Part shown: positions 11,038 to 25,714 of the stretch, in pieces
Numbering within the stretch: the stretch's first letter is position 1
How the letters are laid out: every line of letters starts with the position of its first letter
DNA from: Epiperipatus broadwayi
Taxonomy: Eukaryota; Animalia; Onychophora
Length of the DNA stretch: 64,000 nucleotides
Direction of reading: 5' to 3'
Assembly: GCA_028023455.1 (NCBI GenBank)
Contig: JAQFVV010000007.1
Location: 5,146,001 to 5,210,000, forward strand
Notes under the pieces: model-generated
Told to the model about the DNA's origin: nothing
Databases searched by the model: none
Seen by the model: only the letters and a program-made list of their open reading frames with translations
Position numbers and translations under genes: made by a program

Positions 11038-14000
11038 TGACATTCTATATATTTATAAATTTTTTGGTATTAATATGTATTATTAACATATTAAATCAAA
11101 AAAACTTTAAACATTGATCCAAGGTAGATTTTCTTTTGTGACAAATGTTCAATACTTCATTATGTATAATGACACTTTAATTTATAATAAACCTTGAACA
11201 TAATGAGTCTTTGTTAAGATAAATTGAAAGAAGGATGAGTGTGATGATAATCAAGTGTTTTAATTTTTATGTCATAGTGCCTTTTTCTCAGAAAGTCATT
11301 TCTTAGGATCATACAATCTGTAAAAACACCAAGGTTGTGGAAGAATTTTAGTAATATTTTGCTTTTGGTTAGTATTGTAATGTTATATGATTTTCTATTT
11401 AATTTATGAATATAAATAATTATAAATATGCTACTTTTTTTCACATTAAATAGTGAAGCTATAATTATACTATAATATATAATAGGTCTGCTTAGCGCTT
11501 TTGAGATTTAATGTTCGAATCTCATACTCATAACTTTGTGAATGAAAACTGTTGTGATTTATTGTACACATATGCAAATGAGTTTAAATTTTTAATTAGT
11601 TAGTCCATTGTTTGAAGAGAGCAAAGCATGCCTCTCTTCTATTAATGGCACTCAGATTATTTGCTATGTGAAAAGCTTCTTTAACTTGTCTTTTGGCATC
11701 ACTTTTCTCTGTACAAATTATTTGGGCAGAACTGGGTTCAAATACATGGCCTGTAGCTGCTTGGTGGTCCCAGAATACTGATGGTCCTTCAATGCAAAAA
11801 ATAATTTAATAGTGAGAAATATTTTGTGATTGTGATTTGTCAATAAATTTAAACATTGCTGTTTTCTTAATATTGCCTATATATTTTATACTTTTCAACA
11901 GCAGCATCTAAAACTGTTTTGAATAAATACTTCATGTTAAGCATTAAAATGATAATATAGCTATGTTCATTATAGTGATTAATTATTTTTTCTTCTTCCA
12001 ATCATTTATAATTTATACTATTCAAGCTCTTAATCTGAAATTTAAAAAATGTAAGATTTTAAAAATTGTTTTTATTATTGTTTCATGATTTTATAAGATC
12101 CTTTCTTGAAAATGTGTGAACTCTGACATAGATGAAATAATATAAAGATGTCCATTTTTCCAAATAAAATAAAAAATGAAAAAGCTAATAATGAGAAATA
12201 AAACTATTTTTAATGTTAATTATAAAAGAATCATACTTCACTTTTAAAAGTAACATAAAATAATTTTTTAATTCCATTGGAATTATAGAAATGAAACTAT
12301 AATTTTGAGTCAAATATATTGTGTATATCCAGATTCTCAGTGCATTTGTTAAAGAAGGAATTTAACTTATAATTAAATTTGTTTACTTTTGCAAATGTGA
12401 ATGTTAAATATGATTTTTAATTATTGGAGTTCATTTTCAGAAAAAAATTTGGTTTTTAATTTTATTCAGTGTCTTATTTTAACTATTTTTTAATGTCTTG
12501 AGGGAAAATTAATCAAATGATTTATTTTTCTGGAGTTTATAAGAATTTTGATCACTCAGAAATGACAGAATAGGCCCATGATCAATGGACCTTGATCTCC
12601 AGTCTGCCATTCTCTAGTATATTGAATCATGCAGAATTATGCAACAAATTAATATCTTAATATGGAAATCATAGTATCATAAATTTTATTTTTATATTAC
12701 TTCTTAAATAGTGAGATGGATGCTTTAGTACATCTCAAATATATATATGTAGAAAATGGAGATTTCAGCTAAAATTCTACTTAAAAATTAATTTAAAAAT
12801 TTTTCCAGTTTAGTTTTATATTAAAGTGTAATCACATGTATATTTGCACACACACACAAATTGCTAAAATAATTTTGTTTACTAAAAGTAATGTAAATTT
12901 TTTTCAGAAAAGTATATTTTGCATAAAAAAATTTAAAACTTTGTAAAACAATGCTTAACTTCTAAACAAAATTTTAATCTGTTGTAATAAAAAAAATTTA
13001 AGAATTAAGATTGTTCACGCAAGTCATGTAATAATAGTTATTAGCATGGAATGTAAAAATGTTCAATTTTAAGTAATTAAAAATCTGGCTCTCTTGAGAT
13101 GCTAATCTTGAAAATTCTAGAAAAAGTTATATGGTAGAACAATAGAACAAAGCTCCCCAAAATCTATTGCTTTATTCAGAAAGCATTCAAGCTACTCAAA
13201 AATTATTCAGAAAACTTCCAAGCCAGGCAAAAGCTATTTATTCTAAAATTCAGTTATTTGGACATTCATCAATCTATTTTTCAATGAGTCAAGATCATAT
13301 TCCAGACTTCGGAAATCTTCATTCTGTATGTCAAGCTGCATTTCTTACTAGCTCTTTCATCAAAATCTTACCTGCCAATGGTTCAGAACAATCAGTCAAC
13401 ATTTGTACAATGAACCAATCCCCTTTTCTTAATGGTATTTTCCAAAATATGCTGGACTAGGCACTTCCATACTCTAAAGCAAACCATCATCATTCAATAT
13501 GTTGTGAAATCATAAATTTTTAGAAAGCTAATCTCTTAAAGCCACCCTACTTAAAGATTTTCACCTGTCTGCCCAAACAATTATAACTGGAAAATGGACA
13601 GATAACTACATTAGCAATAAAATGCAGGAAACAAAAGCAATAACCTTGAAGGTCTTAGCAGTAATACAAACATTTATATATCATAAAATTAGCCATAGGT
13701 AACAATGTTATGTTTTTTTTGTTTATGCACATTATTTTTTTTTGTTCACCTTATTATAAGATTTAAATGTATTTTTCTTTATTTTATGCATATATTCATT
13801 GATCTCATATATGTTATATATACATATTTAAATATTTAGGGCAAAAAAATTAGCTATAGAAGAAATTTTCTCTCTCATTTTTCATTGGGAGTTTTGAGTT
13901 TTTAAGAAAGTTTAATCATTATTGCAGAATAATTCAATCTATCTCCTCTTCTCTCTTAAAAAATTTAAAATCTAAGTGTTTTTTCTTTGTTTCTTTTAAG

Positions 14001-15110
14001 AAAACAAGTCTGAAGTTTAGTTAGTAAAAATGTTTAAAATTAAACTTGTCTTTTAATTAGTGTTAATCAATTTATTTTACGTGTGTGATTGATTTTAGAT
14101 TTACTAAACACTTTAATACTTATACATAATATGCTATTATATAAAAGTATTCATCTACTTGTGTGTGTACTTAAAATAAAGCCATATGTGGGCTAGTATT
14201 ATTTTATAGGGCTTTTCGTTTATTTTACCAGGGTAACCAAATCTCTACTAGATCAATATTATTAGTATATTTCTTCTGGTCACCCAGACATTGCCTTCAT
14301 CACAGTCTATTTCACTCTTGCATGGCTGTCTTTGGTATAGTCAGCATGCACTCTTGTTTGTTAGTTTCACTATAGCTTGGTAAATTCTTCAGAGCCTCTG
14401 ATGATGATATGTCGGTCAAGCTCATATTTTTTTAAACCAGGCTACTAATCATCAAATCGACTCACTTGTGTTTTGAATGGTAAGCTTAAAATTAGCTTTT
14501 TGTTTCTCTCTTATGTAGAGTAGCTTTTTTTATTTTATGTATAATCATTAGATGGTGTTATAATGTTGCACATGCGCATATGCATAAGCCTTCAAGGAAA
14601 TAAAATATTTTTATTTTCTTCTTATCAAAAGATATACATATAGATTATACACCCTATTTTATAAATACTGTTAAATGATTATTTTTGACGTAATTGAGTA
14701 TGAGATCAATTTAACTGTCAGGGCTGTTAATAATAAGATACTGTCTTAAGACATTCATAGATACAATATTAGTTAACTTTATGATTTCTTTATTTTCATT
14801 TAATTGTAATAAACATTATTATTATATTATTAATTTAAATTTGGCTGATGTTTGTTGACTGTGTCTGTCTATCAGTTGTTTAATAATTTGAGTCTTATAC
14901 TCTAAGTTGAGCTAGTGTCAGGGACAGGTAATTTATTTTATGTCAGGATGCTCGTCATCGTTAGTGAATATTCAGTCACCCCAAATAAATTTTTTATATT
15001 TATTAAGTAGATTAATGGCTCCCTCAAGTGACAATTTTCCTAACACTGGTGAGGTTTCACTACAATAGATATTTTTTTTATTTTTTTTATTTCTAAATGA
15101 TTATATACAT

Positions 15111-15222
15111 TTTTTTTTTCATATGTCATAGCATCGGCTGGGAGGCGAACCTGCAACAACCATCTGCAACCAATTGATTGCTTGCAAGGCAGCTGCACTG
15201 ACCTCTCGGCTAACAATACTTG
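15111..15222 (-). mobile_element. tRNA-Gly-derived mini-SINE with TSD
   Basis: Degenerate tRNA-Gly(UCC)-like body with an insertion in the variable region, an A-tail and TSD ATGATTATATACAT on both sides. Confidence 0.8.
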
Positions 15223-17566
15223 ATGATTATATACATTTAATTTTGGTCTACTGTGTGTTAGCAAGAACACCTTAAGTATCTATTAAACTATCTTTGGATA
15301 TTATAATAAACATTTTGATATAACTTTAGATAAGAATTAAAGAAACAGGATATGAAAAGATGTTTGAAATTGTATTTTTTTAACTCCTATTAACTTTTAC
15401 TATCAAATCCAAATGATATAAAACTGAAGTTAAGAATTTGATTGAAAAAGAATTTGAATAATCAAAAATGTCTAAAACATCATTGAGCTATTATATAAAT
15501 AAATTAAAATTGAGAAACTGGTATGGTATTATGATGTAGTTTTTCAAAATTCTATTTAAATAAATTAAAATTAAAACCTTTAATATAGTCTATAAAATTA
15601 CAATGAATTTCTAATTATTAATGAAGTGTGCTTTACCCAAAACAGGTGTGAGTGTTAGGGAATAGGGTATGTGCCATGTACACTAGTGGTAGGTTGCTGT
15701 TAAATCATAAACTTTGATTATATGTTTGCATAATTTTTGAAGATAACTTTGTGCATAAAGCAGTATTAACCTAAAGTGTTTAAAGAGTTTATCAGATTTG
15801 GTTTCAGTTATATTAATTTAGTTACTATTCATTGGAAACAGCAATGAAAAATCATAACATGCCTATTCCCTGCAAGAGAGAAGAAATGCAACTTCTTCAT
15901 GGTATCTTTCATTCTTTTTTATGCCCTGTGGAATAACAAAAATTTTAAACTTTCATTTGACAAATGTGGCCAAACAATTGTAGCTTTCAATTTATAATCT
16001 TTGCTATAAAAATTTCTTTCTGATTTTTCATTAAAACTGTTGCATTGTAAATCATTACTTGTATTTTACATGTATAAAAATACAAACTAAATATGCAGAT
16101 GTCCACTGCACTTAATATGATGTGAATTCTATTTTTTTCTATATTCTCACTGATATTCTCAGGCTTCATTTTATATTTACATAGATATTGTAATTAATTT
16201 ATTATTTCCTTTATATAACTCTTTATCCCTGACATAGTTTATCAGTCCCATCAAAAAAGCCTTCTGAAAGTCAACCAACTACAGATATGATTTATATCTT
16301 TGCAATATTTAATTCATTTTTTAAATCCAACTTGATCATTCACAAAGTATTTCTCTATTTAACTTCAGTTTTTTATGTAATGAAATGTAGACAAGAAAAA
16401 TAAAAACAATATTGGAAAAATATATTTTGTGTGGTTAATAAATCAAAATAGTAAATTTGTCTATGTATATTTTTAAAGCTTTTCTTATAAGTCCTTTTTT
16501 ATTATCACATTATCATAATTGTATTAAAAAATAGGTTTGATAATCATGAAAATATCAAATTTAGATATGGTATTTATCTTCTTTTTTTTTTTAAAAAAAA
16601 AAATCAAAATATAAAAACACAGATTTACAAAAAGACATAAAGGATCCAAAATTTATAAAAGAATTAATTGCATTATATCTTTTACTTATAAAGAAAGTTA
16701 GAAACAGAATGACTATTTCATTTAACATTAAAATCGATTTTGATAACAATAAATTTTGTCAGTATTTGATTTCTGGCATTATCTTTTGACAATGAAAGAT
16801 TTATTATGACTGACTCTCCGAAATAGAACTACTTGGAAAAGTTATGTGGACATGTTTTTGAAAATGAAATCAGAATTGTTTAAGCTATGATATGTTTTTG
16901 TACTTTTTAAATGTGAAAATTGGATACTGATAAATTAAGGTAATCATGGGTTACTGGGGGAAAGAAGTCAATACTCAGATGTAATTTTTCCCATATAGAA
17001 GAAATGGTTATCAAATTTAAATTGTTTGATTTCGATCTGTAACCTGTCATTGATTATTATTTAATAACGATTACAGTAGTGGTATAGAGATAGTGACAAA
17101 AGTAGGCTGCTAAATCTTGCACAAAGATGTGTCATCTGAGAAAGATTAACCATTGACTGATTTTATGGAATCTAATAATAATTTGTTTAAACCAGTAGTA
17201 TCTAACTATAACTTTTAATCATCATTCGCCACTGATCGTTATCTTCTTAACATAATTACATTTTTTTAAAAATTTACTCAATTTTAAGCTAAGGAAAATA
17301 AATATAAATTTGAATATAATTCTTGAACTAGAAATAGTTTAGAATGATGTTAATTAGTTTTTTTTCCTGATGATCATTTTCTTTATAAGATTAATTATTT
17401 GATATTTCAATTAAGTTTAATTATTTAATGACTTTTTTTTTTTAAACACCATCCTCACATCTGACTTTGTAAACCTGGAATCATATTGATCATATAAATT
17501 AATGTATTTTGTTTGACTTATTGTTCAACGATGTTTTTATTTAGAGTTGATATATATGAACTACAG

Positions 17567-17664
17567 TTTTTTTTTCCCATGTGTCAAAGCATCAGCCGGG
17601 AAGCGAACCCGGGACAACTGCTTATAAGGCAGCCGTACTAACCACTCGGCCACCAACGCCTGAC
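17567..17664 (-). mobile_element. tRNA-Gly-derived mini-SINE with 12-bp TSD
   Basis: GCGTTGGTGGCCGAGTGGTTAGTACGGCTGCCTTATAAGCAGTTGTCCCGGGTTCGCTTCCCGGCTGATGC closely resembles eukaryotic tRNA-Gly(UCC). It has an A9 tail and TSD TATGAACTACAG at 17555-17566 and 17665-17676. Confidence 0.88.
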
Positions 17665-18270
17665 TATGAACTACAGAGTTTGTCTGTGTTCACTGCAATT
17701 CTTATTTATAATTTGTAGTTAGTTTATTTTATTAGTTAATTTGCTTATACATTGCATCATGTTGTAATTGTTTATACTTTACCAATAAAAGTGTACACAC
17801 ACACACACAAGTATATTGAAATCTTATAAAAATTCTTAATGAGAAATGTTTTACATGTGTTTATATCAAATGACAATATCAGAATACAAAAGGTTAACGT
17901 AAAGCAATCAATAATTCTTTTGACAGCTGTTATTAAATTATCTGCATGAATAAGTACAAACAGCAACAATTAAAATGTTTATAACTAGTATTTATCTTTG
18001 TAAATTGAATATTTAACAAAGATATTTTGTTTTACAATTAATTGTTTTGTTGTTGTTAATATATGCACACACATGTACGTGTGCTTTCATATTTATGTGA
18101 TATATTGTAAAATAAACAATGGCTACCATAATTAATAGGGCATTTGATTACTATCGATGCAGTCATCATTATTTATAATTAGCAAAGATTATTTAAAATT
18201 ATAATTAATACTTCTTGTAAGTGATGGTGTAATAAATCACATTGCTATAATTGAATAATAATACAAAATC

Positions 18271-18334
18271 AAAACAGGCAGAAACTCTCTAAATAACAGT
18301 TATGAGCAAGCATAAGAAATGGTGATCATATGAT
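18271..18334. mobile_element. Termini-only remnant of the family-2 hammerhead element
   Basis: AAAACAGGCAGAAACTCTCT (body 3' end) is joined directly to the inverted tail TAACAGTTATGAGCAAGCATAAGAAATGGTGATCATATGAT. Confidence 0.8.
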
Positions 18335-18396
18335 GCTTACTGATATAAAATCACCATTACTTCTTAGCTATCCAAATACCCTCTGCATTTGAAACA

Positions 18397-18636
18397 TTTG
18401 GCAGAGTGTCCAATTTGGCATTAGAAGGTCCCAGGATCAATTCTGATACTCACAGGTCTGGTATTCAAACTTTTTATGAACTGCTGAGCAATAAAGCCAT
18501 ATGTTTTTAGCCCTACTGTTTGGCACATTTGCTAAAATATCTAACTTGGGGATTGGAAGGTCCTAGGATTGATCCTGGTGCTCACAGTTCTGACATCTGA
18601 ATATTTTATGAACTCCCAAGAAATAAAGCCATATGT
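18397..18636. repeat. Diverged ~120-bp direct repeat pair
   Basis: TTTGGCA...GAAGGTCC(C/T)AGGAT...CTCACAG...TTTTATGAACT...AATAAAGCCATATGT starts at 18397 and 18519. Confidence 0.65.
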
Positions 18637-21600
18637 CATGTTTTTTAGCTACCCAATTTTTTCTCCAAGAAATTGTAAAAGGCTAGAAAATGATTATTTG
18701 TAAGGAATATGGATGAAGTAAGGAATATTTCTTTGAAATATATAAAGGATAAAAATTATGTATCAGAGAAGCTGATTAAACTCACTAGAGATAATCTTGT
18801 CATGAACTAATAGTGATTGGTGATGGAGAATATAGATATATGTGAAAGTTCTTATAAAACTTTTAAAAAATATAATTTGACAAAAAGTTTTATCTTTCTT
18901 GGAAAAGTAAACCTTTGATATTAATAAAATAATTCATAAAAATCCACTTTTTTATTAATTTGTCATTAATTCAATATGCATTATGTATACTACCAACAAT
19001 TCAATAACAATTTTTTTTTGTAAGTCTTGTTTTTATTTTATGAACAAAGTAGCTACTTACATATATATCTTTCATCACATTCTATGGTCATTTTCAAGGT
19101 TCTTTTTAATTTATTATTTACTTTTAATATATTTTTGTAAACTTAAATTATATATGTGGATTTGTGAATGAAGGGAGTTACTATTTTTATACATTAATAA
19201 ATCTATAATTCTTTTATTTGAACGTCAACTATTAATGTTAAAATATAATATAAATTTATATCATTAAAACCTATTTTTAACATTAAAAATAATTATAGTG
19301 GAACCTCCACATCCTGTATATTCTATTTCAAGTTTTTTTTTAATAGATAGTATGAATTAATGGAAAATAGCTTGTGTGAGTTAATTTATGATAATAGTAA
19401 GGAAAGTAGTTACTGTTTAAGGCTTGAACAGGATTTTTAGTAGCAAGGAAATATACACATAAGTGGAGGAATGTGGGTGATTTAATCTGCAAGTTATATA
19501 AGAAAGGCATGGGAAATATTAGGCATCTGTTAATTGAATGTAAATGTTTACAGCAGAAAGAGTACGAATGATGAAGTTGTGGGAGAATAATATAAACAAA
19601 GTGATTATACAGAAAGTGGGTTCTTGGTTTTTATGCTGGGTTTGAAAAAAGATAAGGGTATCTAGATATAAAGGCCATAGAATGGACAAAGAGGATGTTG
19701 TGGAAATGTGATGAATTAGGATAGAGAAGGATTTAGGAAAAACTTTGGGCGGGGAATGGAAATGGAAACTAAGGTGACTAACAGGTTTCTCTGGGCATAA
19801 TGGACTAGAGATTCCTGATTTTGATAAAGGAATAGTCATATCACATCACATTATTCTTTGTTGACAATACTTTGGTTACAATATAATGGATATTTTTTGC
19901 TGATCTATAAGTATTCACCACTTTTTAACAGACCTATATATACAGTGATGCTATAAACTATGCTGTATTAATATAAACAACATCAGTTATATGTTATCCA
20001 ATAAAAAATATAATCAAACAAGCAAAAATGTAAATAAATTTAAAAAAAAAAACATTTGAATTTGTAAATTTAGCACATTTCAGAAAAGATGAGCAAGCAA
20101 TTTTGATCTCTGAGAGTCACTGCATGTGATCACATTTAAAAAATTAAAGAAATTTTAATAAATATGATAGTGTAAGGTGCTTCAAGATTAAAAAAAACAA
20201 GTTACTCCCCATGAATGGATATAGAATATGCAGAGCAGACAGTATTACAAATAAAGATGTTAATCCACTATTTAACTCAATAATAAAATCATATTTTATG
20301 ACAAAATACAATTGTCAGTCAAAATATGACTTGTTTTTAATAAAACCATATTACCAATCTCTTATATATTACTGTTTAAGTTCACACACATGGAGGAAAA
20401 TAATAATTATTTCTAAAGTATCCAAGATTTCTTTGATTAATTTAGATATTAATCTTCCATTACATTTTCTAACATTGATATAGTTTTATGATCAAGTATA
20501 TCCCAGTCTTTAATATACTTAAAAATACAACTGTATATAAATGAATTTATAAATATAAAGTATTTATTTAACTCATACATTTCCTAGCATAGACACATGT
20601 ATTTTTCTAACATTGGATAATTATAACTGCTACATCTTTCTTACAATAATAACTCTATAAAATGGTCATTTCAGGTCTGAATCCTGATTTAACAAAACTA
20701 CAACTTAATTACAGAGATCATCTTTTTAGACTTATATTTAATATAACAAAAGCTCAAATGGGACCTATAAAAACATAGAAACATTTAACTATTCCACAGT
20801 GAATAAACAACTCCATATATGTATAAGTTTTCACCTACACAAAATCTAATTCACAGAAATAAAAGAATAGTTAAATTATGTACATAAGAATTCAACTGAT
20901 TTAAATAATCTTTAACTTAAAACTACTTATATTATTACCTACATTATTTAACACTTTATTTTACTTTTTTTTTTAATCAGTATGGATATTATAGATTTAA
21001 AATGAATATTACATCTGATTATTTTCTGACAATTTCTACATTACAAAAGAAACACTTGGTTAATATCTATATTAAAGAAGAGTTCCTTTTTAAAATGCTA
21101 ACAAATCATAACTTATATATATAGCAAATATACTACAGAGTGAATTTCTCTCTTTTTTTAAAATTCAGTTGCATCAAAAGGCAACTAACTTTTTTTTTAA
21201 ATGTTCACTTCCTGTTTTTAAACAATTTATAATATAAAATATAATTAGTTAGTGCTAAATGTAAATTAAAATATTTTTTTTAAAACTTACAAAACAAATC
21301 ACATAGTCATAGCTTGTCTTTTTCATGATGTCAAGTATGAATCAATTCATATGTGGCCATAATATCTTTTAACAATTTCCAATTTTGAAATATGAAATAA
21401 GTGTTGCTTCTTCCTTTTAACAAAAAAAATTGTTAGCAAATAGCATGTCAAAATGTCAGATATTCAGAGGAGATTAGCAGTTGGCAGTTCATCTCTTCTA
21501 CTGAGTCAGCATAATAGTCTGATGTAACTAGAATAAAGTGAGAATCCTGGAGTGACTGCTTTAAGAAAAAATGATTTTATATAAGTTTTACTTCTTAGTT

Positions 21601-22719
21601 TTGAACACCTGATCTTGTTTTTCACAGCTTTGTTAATTTTGTTTTTCACATCTTTATGAGCAGATTTTATTTCAATTACAAGGGTTTAAAAACACTTTTG
21701 TTGTTCAAATGAATGAACTTGCAAAACACTTGTTTTTACATCTCTTATCAAAACCAGCTTCATCTTTTTTAATTATTTAAATTATTTTTTTTAAAACTGA
21801 GTTTGCAATACATTCTTTGATAAGAAAGTTTAATATATACAAATTTATTACATATTTTAATATGACAATTAATAATTTATACATTTGAATAAATTCTCTT
21901 TAATTATATCTAGCTTAAGTATACATACTATACTTGGCTTTTAATAATATTTTTTTAAACTTTTGAATGTGATGTTTATTAGCATCCTCACAACTCTAAA
22001 ATCATCTCTCAACCTTGTTATTGGAAAATATGGCCTGTTCAATTGCTTTGATGTTTTTTATTCATACTGACTTCTGAATGTATGTAGTTATCTTCTACTT
22101 GCTATGAATGACTTGGAGTTAGAATTTCAGAATCTCATCTCAACTCTTTACCTGTTCCTATCTTCTATTCATAAAGTCAATGTTTTTATCAAAAAATTGT
22201 CTTTTAATATGGTTTCAACTTTTGCCATTTCAGGACTGCAAGCATCCCTGGAATGAATTTACTTGTCTTCTCTTATTATTTCTCTAATAAATGATTCATT
22301 GTATTTTTAATACTTGGCCCATTTGAAAACTTTTATTATTATTATTAAATTGATGATCATTCATTAAGAATTCTTTTAAATTTGTCACTAGAGTTGCTAA
22401 CTTTAAGTTTAGGAAACATTTTATTCAATGAAAAACTGATGGCAAACTTTTGTAGGAAAAAAGCAAAGAAAGAAAATACACTAGCTTTCAACTTGCAAAG
22501 AAAATAATTTACAAGTTTTTATAAATTGTTAAGATCACAACATTTGAGGATGTTGCTTTATTGAAGATGTTCTATGATGAAAAAAATGGATGTTATACTA
22601 TATGTGATGCAGATTTATAAAATTGTTGAATTTTAATGTGGTTTTTTTTTGGGATAGCATATAATTCAATTAGTATACATGTCATAGCTCCACTGCATAT
22701 ATTATAAATTATTTCATTT

Positions 22720-25714
22720 TTTGCTTAGTTTTTTACACTATATTTTTTTACAAATAGGTATTTACAATCATGATAGAGAAAACAAAATTATAAATTTATT
22801 CCTAGGAGACTATAAAGGTACCATTCATGAAAGGAGTGGTTGGCAGCTGAATGCAGAGGATGCTAAGAAGCCTCAAATTGTGAAACCAGGCTTCCATTTA
22901 TTGATGACTTTGTATTTAGATAAAGATCACTGTAAAGTGAAGGAAGATTGCACAAATTGGAAGAATTATCTAATCTTAAATAGGAATTGAATTTTATGAA
23001 GTTAAAAGGTGAAAAGACAAATGATTTTATAATGGACATATCTTTTACTATAAAGGCACAAATATTGAAAGCATAAGTGGACTAATATTTATTATAAATA
23101 GAAAGTGGAAAAACACAGCATTGTGGAAATGAGTGGCAAGATTATTTATTCAACTTAATGGAAGATATCAAGTGCAGATAATTTAGTTTATGCCCCTGAA
23201 AATTCTCATTGTGATGAAGTAATACAGGATTTTTATATGGATGTACAAAAGATTTTGATCAAATCAAGTGACATTTTAAAATTGTCATGGGAGACTGTGA
23301 TGCTAGAATTGGTAAAGTATTGAAAGATAAAATTGCTGTGGATAAATTTGATTATGATGTTAGAAATAAGAGAGAACACAGACCTATTGAGTTTGCAGAA
23401 AAATATAAATTATATATTATGAATTTTTTCTTTGAGAAAAATACTAAACAGAAATAAAAATGGAAGCATCCAAGTAAGATAAAATAGAATTGAATTATAT
23501 TGTTTTGACTAAAAAATATATGTCTTAAGATTACAGTATTCTTAATAATTTCAACAAAAAAAGTGATCATTGTTTTAGGAAATGTAAGATATGTATGTGT
23601 TAATGCAAAACTAGAAAGACAAAAATTATTAAGGAAAGCAATAGTCAAAATTGATATTCTTAATCTTCAGAAACATTCCAATTAATTTAAATTAGAACTT
23701 GAAAATCATTTAAAAATATTAATAGATTTTGAAGATAGTTCAAATATGAAGGGAAATTAATAGGAAGATTAAGAACTGCAACAAAGATAACTGTTTCAAA
23801 GTAGCAGCAATTAACCAGTAAATTTTCTACTGAGACAAGGCAATGCATTAAGAAAAGAAGGAGTTTGAAAAATTATAAAAATGATGAATTAAGAAGAATT
23901 TAATATCAAAAGTGTTGTAAATGGCACCAAAGAAAGTTAATAATGGTATAAGAAAATATAATTGTGAATAAACAAGAAAAGCTGTAGTAAAGAATACAAA
24001 TCTCAAAAGTATAATTTTGGTAGGAAGCTTATTTCTGCACTAAAAAGAAAATATGAAACTATTACTAAAAAAGAGATGTCATCATTAAATGCATAAAAGA
24101 GTTCTATAAAGAATCATATAGCAATGAAGAACAAGAGAACAATGTGTTTCCTACAATTTCTCAGAATTCTAAACAAAAAAGTGAGACAAGCAGTTAAATC
24201 TATGAAAAAGGGAAAAACTCCAGATAATACTAAAATTATAATCGATATCTTAATAGAAGCAGGTAAAGAAATAGAAAAATTGTTGACACAGTTATATCCC
24301 AAGTATCTAAATGATAAAGATGGTCCAATTGATTGGAAGAATGCAGTAGTAATGTTAATATTTAAAGAGATATTAGAAATTACAATCCTATTAATCTTTT
24401 ATCATTTCTGTATAAAATTTTACCAAGATAATTACAACTCATTTACAATGAATTTTATACTTTAACCTCACCAAAAGAACAATCTGGATTTAAAAATGGA
24501 TTTAGACAGTGGATTACATCTAAGTATTGAGAGAAGTTATAGAAAGAACCCATGAATATGAATTGCCAGTATACTTTGAAATTATAGATAATGAAAAGGC
24601 ATTTGTTTATATAAGCATTTTTACAGTGATAAAAAAGGCATATGGTTTTACTGCATATGACTTTATAATAAGTTTGAGCACCAGATCTGTGAGGAACAGA
24701 ATCGATCCTAGTGCCTCCTGATCCCAAATCAGACACTACCTATTGTGCCAAAATGTGCAGGGCTTTACAATGATTAAAGCATTGGATCACAAGATAAAGA
24801 CACAAGTTATTGTCATTTTCTGAAGAATATTTATCAAGGTATAACAGGAATAATTAGATTGCAGTATATTACTAAGAAGATTAAAATTGAGATGGGTATA
24901 TGACAGGAAAGTTTCATATCTCCAAAACTTTTTACAGTAACTTTACAAAAAATATTTTGTGGATTAAAATAGAAAACTAAAAGAATAAAAATAAATTATT
25001 ATTTATGTCATCAACATTTTGCAGATTATGTGCTGTTTTTGCAAATAATATTTCAAAGCTTCAGGAAGTGCTACAAGAATTATCAGATGAAAGTAAAAAA
25101 ATAAATGCTCAAAAGACTAAAGCAATGTTCAACAAATTTTGTTAAAAAATAAAAAATAAAGGTGATAATGATGAATTAGAAAAAGTTAACAGCTATAAAT
25201 ATTTAGATCAGATTACTAATATAGATGGAGACATAATGGTTGGAATTAGTCATAGAATTAAATTTGGATGAATTCCTTTTTGGGTAGAAATAACTTAATA
25301 TTAAAAGGTGATATGCTTATGTGTTTTACTGTCTTTTATCTGTGGGTGTGAGACTTGAAAAATCAACAGAATAGCCATACAGAGACATCAGACTACTCAA
25401 TGAAGAGTGGAGACTTGTGTTAGGACTAAAAAGAAGGGATTCAAAATGAAATACATGGGATTAGAGAACAAATGAGTATTATTGAAATCATTGAAAAAAT
25501 TCAACTAAAGTGTTTCTGGGCTGGCCAATTGTTTTTAGAGATGATAATAGATTAACAATTGAAATCTTAAATGAAATCCCAAAAGATTTTAAAAGACCTA
25601 GACAGGGATGTCATGAGAAATGAATGGAGAAGAAAGACTAGAGATCAGAGAAAGTGGGTTAAACTTGGAGAGACCTTCATCCTGCAATGAACTGATAATG
25701 ATTGAAAATGATGA
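22720..25714 (+). mobile_element. Decayed near-full-length RTE-clade LINE (APE endonuclease + RT)
   Basis: Colinear with the minus copy at 59.3-62.2 kb from the start codon region to the LGETFILQ terminus and TGA-type tail; many stops and frameshifts. Confidence 0.88.

Noticed and set aside
13150-13560. Minus-strand LEYGS... as a CR1/L2 RT tail
   Set aside because: Similarity is too weak to support by eye.
14345-14400. Minus-strand CUGAAGA...GAAAC as a hammerhead
   Set aside because: Stem II barely pairs and there is no NUH triplet.
19500-19840. RHLLIEC zinc-knuckle-like LINE 3' fragment
   Set aside because: Single motif, with no RT context.
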